Assembly: GCA_013239625.1 (NCBI GenBank)
Contig: MU054323.1
Span: 8,793,220-8,857,219, forward strand
DNA length: 64,000 nt
Direction: 5' to 3'
Source of the DNA: Lama guanicoe
Taxonomy: Eukaryota
The notes under the pieces are model-generated. The model worked only from the letters and a program-made list of their open reading frames with translations. It was not told the origin of the DNA and did no database searches. Both the position numbers and the translations under genes were made by a program. Position 1 is the first letter of the stretch; each line of letters begins with the position of its first letter. Shown here one piece after another: positions 1 to 16,284 of this stretch.

Positions 1-222
1 TTCCTGTTCCAGAGGGAGCCTCCTCTCATCAAGAGAATCTTCAAATCCAGGCAAAGGGGTAGGTAATGACATCTCTATGGAAGCCTCCACACTGGTTGTT
101 TCTGAAGAGGCCTTGATATCAAGCTGGTTTAGCACCTCTTGTCTGGGAGAGTCTACCACAGTCATGTTCCCCACGGGGCCGGCCTCCCCCAGGGCAACAC
201 AGCCGACCCCGCAGGTATCCAT
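1..222 (-). CDS. GTF3C2: General transcription factor IIIC subunit 2 (TFIIIC110/beta), first coding exon; partial, gene continues beyond window start
   Basis: ATG at 222 reads [74 protein letters not shown], matching the recalled N-terminus of mammalian GTF3C2. Acceptor ...gtatgcag| gives exon start at 245. Synteny with EIF2B4. Confidence 0.95.
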   Translation of the reverse strand, partial: MDTCGVGCVALGEAGPVGNMTVVDSPRQEVLNQLDIKASSETTSVEASIEMSLPTPLPGFEDSLDERRLPLEQE

Positions 223-394
223 CAGCACCCCCTAAAATGGCCACCCTGCATACAGAGACATACAAATGAGTAGAAGATAAAAGCTATTTGCACTAGTTCA
301 GATTTTTCTACTTTCCTGTCTTTTCTCTTCTCACAACCATCCCCTACCCCCAACCTCCCTCCACCTTCCCTGCCAACCAGAAACCCAAGCTTCC

Positions 395-640
395 TAGTCA
401 TTTACTCAACAATAATTATGAAACATCTTCTACATGTCAGGCACTATTCTAGAAACTGGTAACATGGCAATAAGCAAGACAGACAAGGACCCTGCCCTCA
501 AGAAACTTACATGCTAGTGGAGCTGACAATAAACAAATAATAAAGCTACCACTTAGTAAATGCTTACTATGCACCAAGTATTGTACTAACTGCTTTATTT
601 ATATGGTTTAATTTAAATAAAGCTCATAAGGTTTCTTGTA
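395..640. repeat. L2 3'-end fragment followed by MIR-like fragment
   Basis: cattactcaacaataatt...gtcaggcactattctag...gaccctgccctcaagaaacttac is typical of L2. tgcttactatgcaccaagtattgtactaa is MIR-like. Boundaries approximate. Confidence 0.55.
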
Positions 641-939
641 AGGATATTAAAGTGAACGGACAATTATTTAATTCCTCTCCCTGAAACCCAATGAAATGAA
701 TCACCACTCCCACATTAAAAAAAAAAAAAAACAGAAAGAAAAGAAAAAAAGAGAGAGAGAAAAAAAAAAAGATCACCTGTTATGAATCTAAGGAAGGGCC
801 ACAAGTTTCTAAAATAGACCATAAAGAATAGCTGCCAGATACTATAAAGTTTAGATCAAATTGAAGGAGGGTAGATGACTAGAGCAAACATCTATCTCTG
901 TGAATCAATCAAGGTACAGATTTATTTAAGAATAAAATA

Positions 940-1145
940 TGACTATACATATATAAAATAAACAATAAGATTTACTGTATGGCACAGGGAACTATATTCG
1001 ATATCTTGTAACAACCTATAATGGAAAAGAATCTAAAATATAAATATATATATGGATAACTGAATCACTTCACTGTATACTTGAAACTAACACAATATGG
1101 TAAATCAGCTATACTTCAATAAAACAAACGAACAAAAAAATAATA
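940..1145 (+). mobile_element. L1 (LINE-1) 3' UTR fragment, artiodactyl type
   Basis: actgtatggcacagggaactatattc...aactgaatcacttcactgtatacttgaaactaacacaa...tatacttcaataaaa plus A-rich tail; same motif family as 32544 and 50049. Confidence 0.8.
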
Positions 1146-1749
1146 AGTAAAAGAGTTCTTTCGTGTCCTGCCAGCAATCTTCCAGCAGGATGAGGTAGGT
1201 GGAAGCCTATGAGAGAGTTAAGGAATATCCTACTACATTAAGAGACCGTTTCCACATTGAAGAATGGACTAAAAAAATGGTCATGAATCTTCATTTTCTT
1301 CAAACCCAGGAAATCAGCTGTGCAACCACAATCCAAAGAAAACTGATAGATACACAAAGCACTGATTACCAAACCAAAAACCCAAGCAACGCAGAACTTT
1401 GCAAAGGCCCAGTTTGGGTCCACAACAGTCTACTTGTCAGTAATAAAAGGGGAGAAAGCTCAGATTCTGAAAGGAACACCCCCACAGGTCTATAAAGGAT
1501 AAAGAATTTATCAACTTCAGTGGGAAAACGTGCTAATACAAATACCACAAGAAATATACAAATTAAAGTTCCTAACTCTCTCTCTTGAATAAGCTACAGT
1601 CAAAGCAGATTATAAACTATAACAACAGCCAACCCTCTAATTCAGGTGCTAAAGGATATAATGAAACATCATGTGCTAAAGACAAAACATAACAATACCA
1701 AAGTAAACAGTGGTCAGTGAGAATCCACCTACATTGTTCTTCCATAAAT

Positions 1750-3500
1750 AGCAAGCCCTGAGAGAACTACTCCATTCAAAATTAGTAATAAGCAAAAAGG
1801 ATCCAAAGGGACCTATGGATAGTTACTATAGAAAGAATAAAAAGGACATAAACAAATGAAAGAAGATGAAAAATACTCTTTCAAAGAAATACTCCAGAAA
1901 ACAAGAAATTTTCCAAGAAAAACTTCTGTATTTTCAAAAAAGCCAGAGACTATGGAAACCAAGAAATGAGAGATCAAAGAAGAGATAAAACAATGGCAAG
2001 GTAAAAAGTGAGCTGGCAAGTCATAAGGGAAAAAAACCAAATAAAGGAATAAAATCAAAGAAATGAAAACCAGAGGAGAGACAAGATGTTGAAACTATAC
2101 TACTTAAAACAGTGATATGAAAGGTGTGTTTGAGAAAAACCACACAGATTGCAAAGAGAGAAAATAAGGTGATTAGTGAGAATATGATACAGATGGAAAA
2201 GAGAAAGTGGGGAGACAAAGAAGAGAGAAGAAAAATGGGAACAGGAAAAAAATATTCAAAAACCTAACAAAAGAAAACTTCCTGAAATGAAAAACGGAAT
2301 ACATACTTTCCTGAAATAAAGGAAGACCTCAGACTATAGATCAAAAGGGCTTATGATGTAAAAGGAAACAAAAATCAATAAAGAATCATTAAGACCAAGA
2401 AATATCTGAGTGAAGATACTAAATTTCTCCCACAAAAGGGGAAAAAAAAATCAGTTCAGCCTCAGAGTTCTCAGAAACATTTGATGCCAAAAGATAAAGA
2501 AACACTGAGGATCAAGAGAATTCTTTACTTAACTGTCATTCATGTAAAGACACGATGACATTGTCAATATGCAAGTTGCTAGGAATTACAAGACTTAAGC
2601 CCACTTACTTAAATAAAAGTCCACTTGAAGACCTAATTTAGTCAATGAAAGATAAATCAATATAAAGAAGTTTCCAATGAAGAAACTGTAGTATTAAAAG
2701 ACTTGCAGTAAGGATTTAACCAAGTGATACAACATTTGAGTTTAAATAACTGTGGGTACAACAGATATAAAACAGATTCTAACCAAAAAATTTCAATGCT
2801 CCACAATGTAAAAATGCCAATATTCTGACTGTAGTAGATTAGGGCAAAAGAAGTATTCTAATATCACTTCTAAGGTTGACAAATTGAAAAATATAGGCTT
2901 ACTAATACCATTTAGGTGTTTAATAGAACTAAAAACAGTAATACTATATTGCTCCCAAAATATCCAGTAAAATAATAACCAGAAGGAATTTTTTTAAAGA
3001 CCACATAACAAAAGATCGAAAATAAAGGAAATACACAGATAAAAGAACAAGGGGGGAAAAAACCCACAAGGTGACAGAAACAAGATAAAACATGCATTAT
3101 AACAATAACCATATCAGATAAACTCATCCATTAACAGAAAGAATAAAGATTTGGATTGGTTTAAAAAGCCAAACAATTATGTGGTTTTTAAGAGATGTCT
3201 AAAACAAAGGAACTCAAAAAGCTGAAAGAAAAATGATGAATTAAAATATACAGGGTAAATGTAAACAAAAAGAAACGAGGAGTTTTTACAGTAATAGCAG
3301 AGTTGAATTCAGGGGAAAAGTATTAAATGGGACAAAAAGGGAGTACCTTACAATGAATAAAACTTCAAATCCTATAAAAGATATAAATATATGCCATGAA
3401 CATTTAAACATTAAATAACATACCATCAAATATGCAAAGCAAAATATTCAGGAAATATGAGACCTAATCATTCTTTCAATCATTGAGAGATAAGTAGATA
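1750..3500 (+). mobile_element. Highly degraded ancient L1 (ORF1/early ORF2-like remnants)
   Basis: Very A-rich + strand with L1-like phrases (aaagaaaacttcctgaaatgaa, agacctcagactatagatcaaaagggc, aactcatccattaacaga); no intact ORF. Confidence 0.5.
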
Positions 3501-3626
3501 AGGACAGAGAAGATGTGAATGATTGTTGACCTCCATATTGGTCACAGTTCAGTTGCACAGAACAGAATCTTCTCTAGCCAGCTCAAGCCAAAAGGGATTT
3601 ATTACAAGGTAGCAAATGGTTCACAT

Positions 3627-3810
3627 CAGTGGTTCTCAAGTATGGTCCCAGAACTGGCAGCATCAGCATCACTTGGAAATTTGTTAAATGCAAACTTCTA
3701 GTCCTACCCCAGAACTACTGAATCAGAAACTCTGGGATAGGGCCAGTACTTCGTGTTAGAACAAGCCTTTCAGGTGATTCTGATGCACACTCAGGTTTGA
3801 GAACGACCTG
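3627..3810. mobile_element. MER5A-like hAT-Charlie DNA transposon (MITE) inside an MLT-like LTR fragment (~3530-4220)
   Basis: Terminal cagtggttctcaa ... ttgagaac inverted ends; internal gcagcatcagcatcacttgg, actgaatcagaaactctggg, caggtgattctgatgcac. Confidence 0.8.
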
Positions 3811-5539
3811 CATAGAGGATCACTGGAAGGGTTGGGGGAAAAAGTTTAGGAACAAGTGCTCATCAAATTGAGAAGCTGTTTACAGCTGCTGGTTCAAGAA
3901 CCACAGAGCCTCTCCTATGCTATGATGGGGAGCCGCCAGCTGAATCAAGAAGCCTCTGTAGTAGATGATGGCTCCATAAACAAGCTGCCTCTGCAATAAT
4001 CAGGTGACTAACTGAGACTCTTCTCTGGCTCCCAGACCCAGAGCCATACCACCGCCACAATCTGCACCAGGAAAATACATGTCTTCTGGCCTGCCTCCCC
4101 TCTAAACTCAGGTCCGAATATGAGTTCCTCAAGAGCATATTTGATTGGCAGGATCTAAATCATATTCAGAATCTTGGATAGAAAAATTCCAGGAATGAAA
4201 TTTCTAGCTTTCTAGGCTCTCAAGTGGAGTTTGCTCATTCTCTCACACTCCACTTACCACAGGGTAGAAAGTGCGATCAGTGTCTTCTCAATTCCTCTCC
4301 AGTGCCACTTCTTGACCAATTGTCCTCCCTATCTTGTAAAAACCTTTTTCCTTTGAAGCTCATAACATTCAGCTAATACTGCTATTCACTCCACTGTGAC
4401 CCCTGTAGGGTGTCATCATATAAAACCTTTTAATCTCTAAATCACCAAGACATCCACTATCTGATCACAACCTCCCATCATTATAGCTAGATTGCTCAAC
4501 TACTATCACTATATCTATTCCTCAACTGGATTAATACACTAACCATTGATCTCTTCAATCTCTCCCTATGTCAGTCACATCCCACTAGCTTAGACTCCTT
4601 TATTTTAATCAGACTCTTGTTCATATTATGACCTTCATTTCTTTTTGCCTTTTTGTTCCACGGGCATGGCAAAATTCAAGCCCTGAATGAACAAACTACC
4701 TGTCTTCTCCATGTGTGCATCTAAGCTGTCGAGTACCAGCAATTACACTTTGTCTCTAGTTAGCTCCCATACCCTCTTATCCTCCAATGTCTGATCACCT
4801 GGTTCTTAGCAGGTGACTCAGCCTGAGATTTCTGAAACAAAAACAAAAAAACATACTTCAATTTCTTGTCAAGTAACCTAACACTCCCTGCCTCTGAGCC
4901 CCTCATCCACTTTCTAAGGCCAAATCTTCCACTTGTGTTCTAGCCCCATGTCCCCTTCCAGCCCATCCAAGGAAACTGGGTAGTTTGTCCTTTTCCTTTC
5001 CATTGGCTTCTTCCAAATAGGATTTAAATACATTTTTAATTCTCATCTTAACACAAATACAATATCCTTCAACCCATATTTCTCCTCCAGCTAATATCCT
5101 CCTCCTCCTCACAAACTATAAGAATTGCCTTCTCTTGATGTTTTAATTACCCTGCTTCATCCTAACTAGGATATCGTTCCTAACTCATCAATAATTGTTG
5201 TCAATCAGTCCAATGGACATTCCTCACTCTCCTTTAACTTGACCTTTCAGCAGACCCAAGGCTACTTAGCACTCATTTTTTGAAACATTCTCCTTTCTTG
5301 AGAAGCAACTGAAATGCAGTAACCTCCCAGATTTTTACAAAATTTCCTCAATCTTTTAGTGTCTTACATCAATTTGGCAGCTTCTTTGCTTGTTTGCGAA
5401 CTCACCACTTTTGTCTTTTCAAAGTATTCAATTTAGTTTGCTTTTCTTTTCTTTTTTAGACTTGTTTTTATAAAATTTTTAGTTGACACAAAATACTAAT
5501 AAATATATGTAGAATATAAAGAATAACAATAAAATCTGT

Positions 5540-5642
5540 GGCGGTGGGTATAGCTCAATGATAGAGTGGGTGCTTAGCACGCACAAGGTCCTGGGTTCAA
5601 TCCCCAGTACTTCCATTAAAAAAACAAAACCAAAAACAAAAC
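5540..5642 (+). mobile_element. tRNA-derived SINE (camelid-type) in GTF3C2 intron 1
   Basis: A box tagctcaatgatagag, B box ggttcaatccc, A-rich tail; near-identical family members at 51773 and 53740. Confidence 0.85.
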
Positions 5643-7079
5643 ACATTTCGTGTATCTGTCATGTTTCTACTTAGTTTTAATAGAAACAATAACTCTTACA
5701 TACTCAAATTTCTTTAAAATTTTTCTAAAACAATCATTTGAAGTGAAATTACTATACTGGGTTAAAGGGTATACACGTTTCAAAATCTGATGTTGCCCAA
5801 GAGTTCACCAAAATGAAAATTAATTTATACTTCCACTAACTGTAAAAATGGGTTTTACCCATTTTAATTACCGCACACGTCAATCTTTAATTTTTGCCAT
5901 TCTGATGGGTGAAAGAACTCTTCCCTGTTGTATTTATTTGCACTGTCCTGATAACAATTGAAGTTAGCAACTTCTTTTTATATGTTGGACATCTATGTCT
6001 CTTATGAATTGCCTGCACACATAATTTGCCCATATTTCTATAGGACAAATTGATCTCTTCCTCATTGATCTGTGGAGTTACGTTATGTTATTTACATTGC
6101 AAATACTTTCTCTCCATATCTACTTTTTAAAAAAACTTTGTTTATAATCTTTCTTGCTAAACTTAAGTTGAATTTTATAAGTTAAATTTCTCAATCTTCT
6201 CTTTTATGGCTTCTGTTTGTTTTGTGTCTTAAAAAGGCATTTCCTACCCCACTGATACAAACATATCCTTTTTTATTTTCCTCCAATAATTTTTCTAGTT
6301 TTGAATCTCACATGTAGCGCTTTAGTCCATCTGGAATTTCCTTCTGATAAGAGATATGAGTATTTACGTATTTCATATCTATCTTCCCTGAAAGTTTCAT
6401 AAAATAGGGATCTTGCCTATCTGATTCACTACTGTTTCCAGCATCTGGTACATGGTAAGTGCAATAATTAACCTGTGTTGATTGAACAACTTCTCAAGGT
6501 ACAAGAATCTCTATAAAGAATCACTTCTCACTGAAGGCAGCAGCAGGGTGTGGTGGTTAATTTTCATTTATGACTTTACAGCACATGTTCTGCACACAAG
6601 TAAAGGATGTTAAGTAAATGTGTACTAGAGTTTATAAAATTTTACATCTGCCCCCCAACTTGTCTGGTTCTCATGCTGCTCCAAGGCTGCCAGCCTGATC
6701 TTCCCAACCAAGGAAAATGACTAGGTAACACTGTTCCTCAAGTACAGAATTACTTTACTATACACACACTGTTTGGTCTAATATATCGTTTCCCAAAGTG
6801 TTCCTATGGTACAACTGGTGGTATGAATGATGATTTCTGTGATACAAAAATGAACAATTTTATTTGACTAATTGTGTTTTTAACTTGCATTAAAAACTAT
6901 AACCAGCCCATGAAACCTATGGTTTCATCTGTTGCTTACTTAGATCGAGACTAAAGCACTTAAACCTTAAAATTAAATGAATTTAAAGAAAATTATTTTT
7001 TTTAAATACTGCAGTTGATAAGAAGTGATGGCAAAAAGGGACGAAGGCATAGGAATGACTTAAGTTTGTCTAACAATAT

Positions 7080-8560
7080 GCCGCTGGGGCCGAGACGCTT
7101 GGCCATACGCTGCAACCCGTTAACAGAGCTACCACGGAGAGGCTGAAGTCACCACCTCTCACTTCACCAACAGGAAGCCAACTTGCCGCGGGATAAAAGG
7201 ACTAGACAGGAAAACATAACTGGCCCTTGGCTGCGCCAATGGGGTTGCAGCGCGCGGGGCACAACCCCCAGGGTTAGAAGAGTCTCACGGAGGAAGACTG
7301 GAACATAGCAGAATGAGGAGACTGACCCGCTACCACTCTAGGGGTGACCGTCTGCCCTTCCTCAGTCCTGGGCTTAGGGGTAGCTTTTACCACCAGCCTG
7401 TGAGGGGGGCGAGCCCAGAGTTTTCTAAGGTTGAGGACTGCAGTAGGTTCGCAGAGTCCGAGGGACGCAATGTAGCAGCGCCGGGGCCGGGACACAGGAT
7501 GCAGTGTTACCGACACCGCGTGGGGAAAGAAGGCAAGACCCGCGGATAGCAGAGATGGGGGATACACGGTTGCCACTGTGGGTTAGGAGGTGGGGAGTAT
7601 GACGGTTTCCGTAGGCGCTCAGGGACTGGAGGTCGCGATGCTGTGCAGGGGGGGAAAGCGGAGTCGGGAGTTGGTTCCCAACATCTTAGTGCTACCAAAA
7701 AAGAAGGGGGAGGAGTAATCGTGGGGCCCCGCACACCCCACTGCGGTACACTCACCCTCACCAAAGTCCTTCCGGAAGTCCAAGTTCGAAGATGGCGCCG
7801 CCTGTCTGGTCGCCGTTTTATGACGAAATCTGGTAGCTACTCTTCGTTGACGTCCCCCACTCCCTCCCACCTCCCTGCCCCCCCGCCCTGTGCACTAGGT
7901 AAATATGTGGGCTCGGTGAGGAGTTTGTGCCCCAGGACGTGTTCTATTAGGCTGGGTGTTCCACAATGCACTGCGGCGAGCGTCCTCGAGCCCTTTTGGA
8001 GTGGGCGCAGCTCCCGGGCCTTAGTGGCGTCGGGGACGCTGCACGGCCTTATGGGAATTGCAGTGTCCTGAAGGGAAGATTGACGCCTGCGCGTTGACGG
8101 TCGTCGCGCCCCCCGGGTTCCCACGCGGTCCTTATACCAGCCTCGAGTGTAGGATCCCAGGCCTGGGTGTTGCTCCCGAGCGCTGACTCCTGACTTTCTG
8201 TCAAGACTACCAGGCCCGTGGCGGGCAGGGCCGGGCTGATGTGAGTCTTTACCGGCAACCCCAGCGCCGTCAGAGCCGAAGACAGACTGGGAGACAAAGG
8301 AATCCTTGCCTCGGGCCGTCAGAGGACGACTCTGGCTTCCGCCACGGAGCAGCCCCAAGCAGATCCAGCCACTAGTGAAGTCAAAGATGAATCCGAGACA
8401 GAAACACAATAAAGGGGGTTTGGAAAGAGGACGGAGAGGGGAGAGAGCAGGAGTAGAAAAGCCTGACATGGTGACGCCGTAGGAGAGTTCAGGGTGTATA
8501 TATATCTGGACACGAAAGGGTTGGGGTAAACCAATCTTTCTCTTCCCAAATCTCACCTAT
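7080..8560. promoter_or_regulatory. GTF3C2: CpG island / GTF3C2 promoter and non-coding exon 1
   Basis: High CpG density. ETS motif ttccggaagt (7770-7779), YY1 motif aagatggcg (7789-7797), CRE-like tgacgt (7848). Minus-strand donors G|gtgagt (exon end 7756) and G|gtgagg (7762). Confidence 0.8.
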
Positions 8561-8889
8561 GAAATCCCCCTGGTTCCATAAAACTTAAAAGCTTGGGAAG
8601 AGCTAGCTAAGATTTAAAAGCTGGAGCAAAAGGACTCCCATCCCATTCTCTTTAAGGGGCCTAAAGACAAGCCAAGGCTGTGTTGTGGCTTAGGACCGAC
8701 TCCTTTGTGAGAGTGCAAAATTGGGCGCGTTTGAGGCTGCAGTTCCTCTAGTAAATCGTATCTTCAATATTTGTCCTATGGACAGCTGTCAGCTTCAAGC
8801 ATTTACTTCTGTAATCAACAAATATGACTCCTCTCCACTCTGTTGCCTAAGATTAGACTAAATTTGACGTGAACTATTCCAAAACCTTT

Positions 8890-10370
8890 TTTGTATTAAT
8901 ACTTGGATTTATTTTTGGAATAAGATACTCACATGGCTCAAAATTCAAAAATACAGAGTATGAAGTGAAGATTCCCTTACATCTGTCTCCAGTATCCTAG
9001 ATCACATCCACAAAGGCAATCAGTTTTTTGTTACAGGCCCAAGATATTTTCTGTATACAAATGCAAATACATGTATATCTTTTCCCCTTTTAATTCTAAC
9101 AGCAGTTATACACAGTCCTGGACCTTTTAACTGAGCATACCTTGGAGGCTGTTCCTAAAAACCTTACTTTTTGTTAGGACTGCTTAGTATGTAATTGCAT
9201 GGATGTAGCATAATTTAGTTAGTCCCTTGTTAATATGAATGGATATTTAGGTGGTTTCCAGTCTTTTCCAATTATAAACAAGGCTGCTATAAATAACCCT
9301 ATATCTACCTTACTTCAAATGTGCAACTATATGGCTAGCATAAATTCCTATAAGAATTGCTACACCAAAGTTAGGTACATTTGTGGTTTTGATTGATAGA
9401 CAATCTTTTTTTTTTTTTTTTGATGTTTCTCTGCCTCTAATCTCTACCAGTTAAGTTTCTAAAGCACAGAGCTAACCCCATTGAACCTCTGCTTAACTTT
9501 GATGATTGAGTGGTAGACTCAATATTAAAAAAAAAAAACTATGAATTCATAATGATCTTTTTAAATAAAGACAGAGAAAGCCAAAAATTCAACTACTCAT
9601 TGTATGCCACTGGAAGTAACCACTGATCGATTCTTGAAAACTGGCAATTAAAAGGAAAGAATTAAGCATTTATTCTGCCTTTCCAGTATGAATTGTAATT
9701 CAGAATAATAGCTGATAAGATGGAGTTCTTTATAGAAAATTATCAGCTAATAAATAAGGAATGATAGAATTAGGGAAAAAATTACCATTTTGCATCCTCT
9801 AATGAGATAATTCAGGCAAAAATCAACAGTGGATGAAACCACTAAATGAGTCTGTTGGGAAGCTTTAAAACACCTGGACCCACTCATCACTTAAAATGAA
9901 CCAACCAACCTGATGTGAGGCAGTATGAAACGCAATCAACCTAGCTTCTGGAACAAGTCAATGTCATGAGAAAAGAAGGGGGCTGGGGAGGTTGCTTTTG
10001 ATTAAGAAATGTAAGACATAATAACCAAATGTAATGTAAGGATTTGTTTGGATCGTGATTCAAACAAACCAATTGTAAAAAGCCAGTTTTGAGACAATCA
10101 AGGAAATCTGATTACAGCTTGGACAACACTAAGGAAGAATTTAGTAAGTGTAATAATGATATGCTAAATTTCCATATTTTTTAAAGACACACTGAAGTTT
10201 ATAGGAGTAAAATGATGTAACGACTGGGATTTGCTCTAAGGTAACTTCAGCAAGGAAAAAAAGGGAAACAAAAAGCATTTGTAGCAAATCTTGGTAATTA
10301 CTGCATTTAGTGATGGGGATTCTTTGTATAGTTCACTGTACTTCTGTGCTGCTTAAAATTTTTTAATAAA
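8890..10370. mobile_element. Old L1 (L1ME/L1MC-like) fragments
   Basis: atggatatttaggtggtttccagtctttt...gctgctataaata (minus L1); aaccaaatgtaatgtaagg...ttggatcgtgattcaaacaaacc (L1MC-like 3' end). Confidence 0.55.
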
Positions 10371-10774
10371 ACACACACAAAGCAGATGATTCTCCTTTTT
10401 CTAGGCTAAGCACATGGTTAGACTCTCCCAATTTAGACCCAATCCAACCTACCTTTGCAGCTTTATCACTCACTCTCCACATAAGCCTCAGTTCTAGCTT
10501 TACCACCCTACTTGATATTATGGAATTGGCCAATCATTTTAAGGCCTATTCTGTCTATTTCCTCTGTTGATCTGCCTTCCAGTTCTTTTCCAATTGGGAA
10601 ATTTCTTATCCCTCAAGGACTAGGTCAGAGGTTACCTGTGAAGTCTTCTCCAACCTCACTAGATCTGGCATCATCCTTGGTTGCTTCCAAGGAACTCTAT
10701 TCATACTATTAGTAGAATTTATCTCATTGTGTGGACATAATCTGTCTTCCTCCATCATGACTGCTACTTAATAG

Positions 10775-11030
10775 CAGGTAGCATAAAAATTAAGGGAAGT
10801 CTCTAGATCCAGAATGCCTGACATCACATGTCGGTTTAGCTAGTGTGTTACCTTAGGCAAGTAACTTAACCTCTCTGTGCCTTAGCTGTGTTGCCTTGGC
10901 AAATAACAACCTCTCTGTGCCTCAGTTTTCTCATTTGTAAAATCTCACTTCATAGAGTTGCATAAATCTTCCTATATGTATAAGAAAGGGACTAGAATAC
11001 CTTCTCATATGCAGTAAGTACTCAATACTA
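10775..11030 (+). repeat. MIR SINE with internal ~40-nt tandem duplication
   Basis: MIR core gtgttaccttaggcaagtaacttaacctctctgtgcct occurs twice (10844-10922), followed by cagttttctcatttgtaaaat. Confidence 0.75.
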
Positions 11031-11410
11031 AGGATACGAAGTACACGTAATTATTTAATATAAATATCAATGTATTGGTTTAGTATAAATATTAATATAA
11101 TAATAATATTAAGGACAGGATTCTTCTTTGTCCTTATCATACTCCTACTCATATCAAACTCAGCGGCTGGCACACAGATGCTCAATAAATGGTGTATGAC
11201 TTGGACAGTTTTTGGTCTCCCTACTGACCTTCACTTTGGCCCCAAAGCACTGGCATGGAGCTAATCACTTGAGAGCATCTACATAAAAGTTTGTCTGACG
11301 TGGGGAGCACGTGCTAAGAAGGGCTCAGGAGTGTGGACTCCTAGCCTAAGTGGTGGTGATGGTAAAAGAGATAAAAGGCAGCAGAGATGCTGAGTGCAGG
11401 GAGTATATCA

Positions 11411-11416
11411 TTTATT
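11411..11416 (-). terminator. EIF2B4: EIF2B4 polyadenylation signal AATAAA
   Basis: tttatt on + strand, 19 nt past the TGA stop. Confidence 0.75.
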
Positions 11417-11435
11417 GACCCCTTTCCCTCCCCAC

Positions 11436-15899
<4,464 letters not shown>

Positions 15900-16284
15900 C
15901 ACCCTCCGTCCTAAGCTCCGCCCGCCGCGGTCCCAGGGACTACAGCGCCCCCTGGGCCGACACCCGCGGCGAGCAGCCCCAAGGACTACAAGCCCCGACA
16001 TGCCCTGGGGCGCCGTCGAGGGCTACGGGTCGCGATAAGCGCCATCTCAGCTTTGGGCTTGCAGTCCCGACTGTCAACTCAAGCCGTTTGGACTACAGAT
16101 CCCAGGATACCGGGGGCGCTACGCCTCAGAGCCGACGTCCCTTCTCACCCTTCCCACCTCCAATCCCAAGCCCCCCCAAAATGGCGAGCGAGGCTGCGGG
16201 GACGCGCTGAGTAGCGGAGGCGAGCGTGCAAAGCCGCTGCGGCCCTCACAGTCCGGAGCCCGGCCGGCCCCTGCCGCAGGGAAC
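15900..16284. promoter_or_regulatory. Bidirectional CpG-island promoter shared by EIF2B4 and SNX17
   Basis: Divergent ATGs 386 nt apart (15899 -, 16285 +). GGACTACA motifs at 15937, 15983 and 16090; YY1-like aaaatggcg and gcgccatct. Confidence 0.85.

Noticed and set aside
5540..5642. tRNA-like sequences at 5540, 51773 and 53740 as functional tRNA genes
   Set aside because: A-rich tails, a TSD at 51773, no T-run terminator after the tRNA part and a shared family sequence indicate SINEs.
7781..7795. gttcgaa near the GTF3C2 TSS as a TFIIIC B-box (autoregulation)
   Set aside because: GTTCGAAGA lacks the terminal C of GWTCRANNC on either strand; better explained as spacer between the ETS and YY1 motifs.
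7837..8556. 239-aa minus-strand ORF and overlapping ORFs in the GTF3C2 CpG island
   Set aside because: Non-ATG start, no recognisable domain; GC-rich islands are depleted of stop codons, so long ORFs arise by chance.
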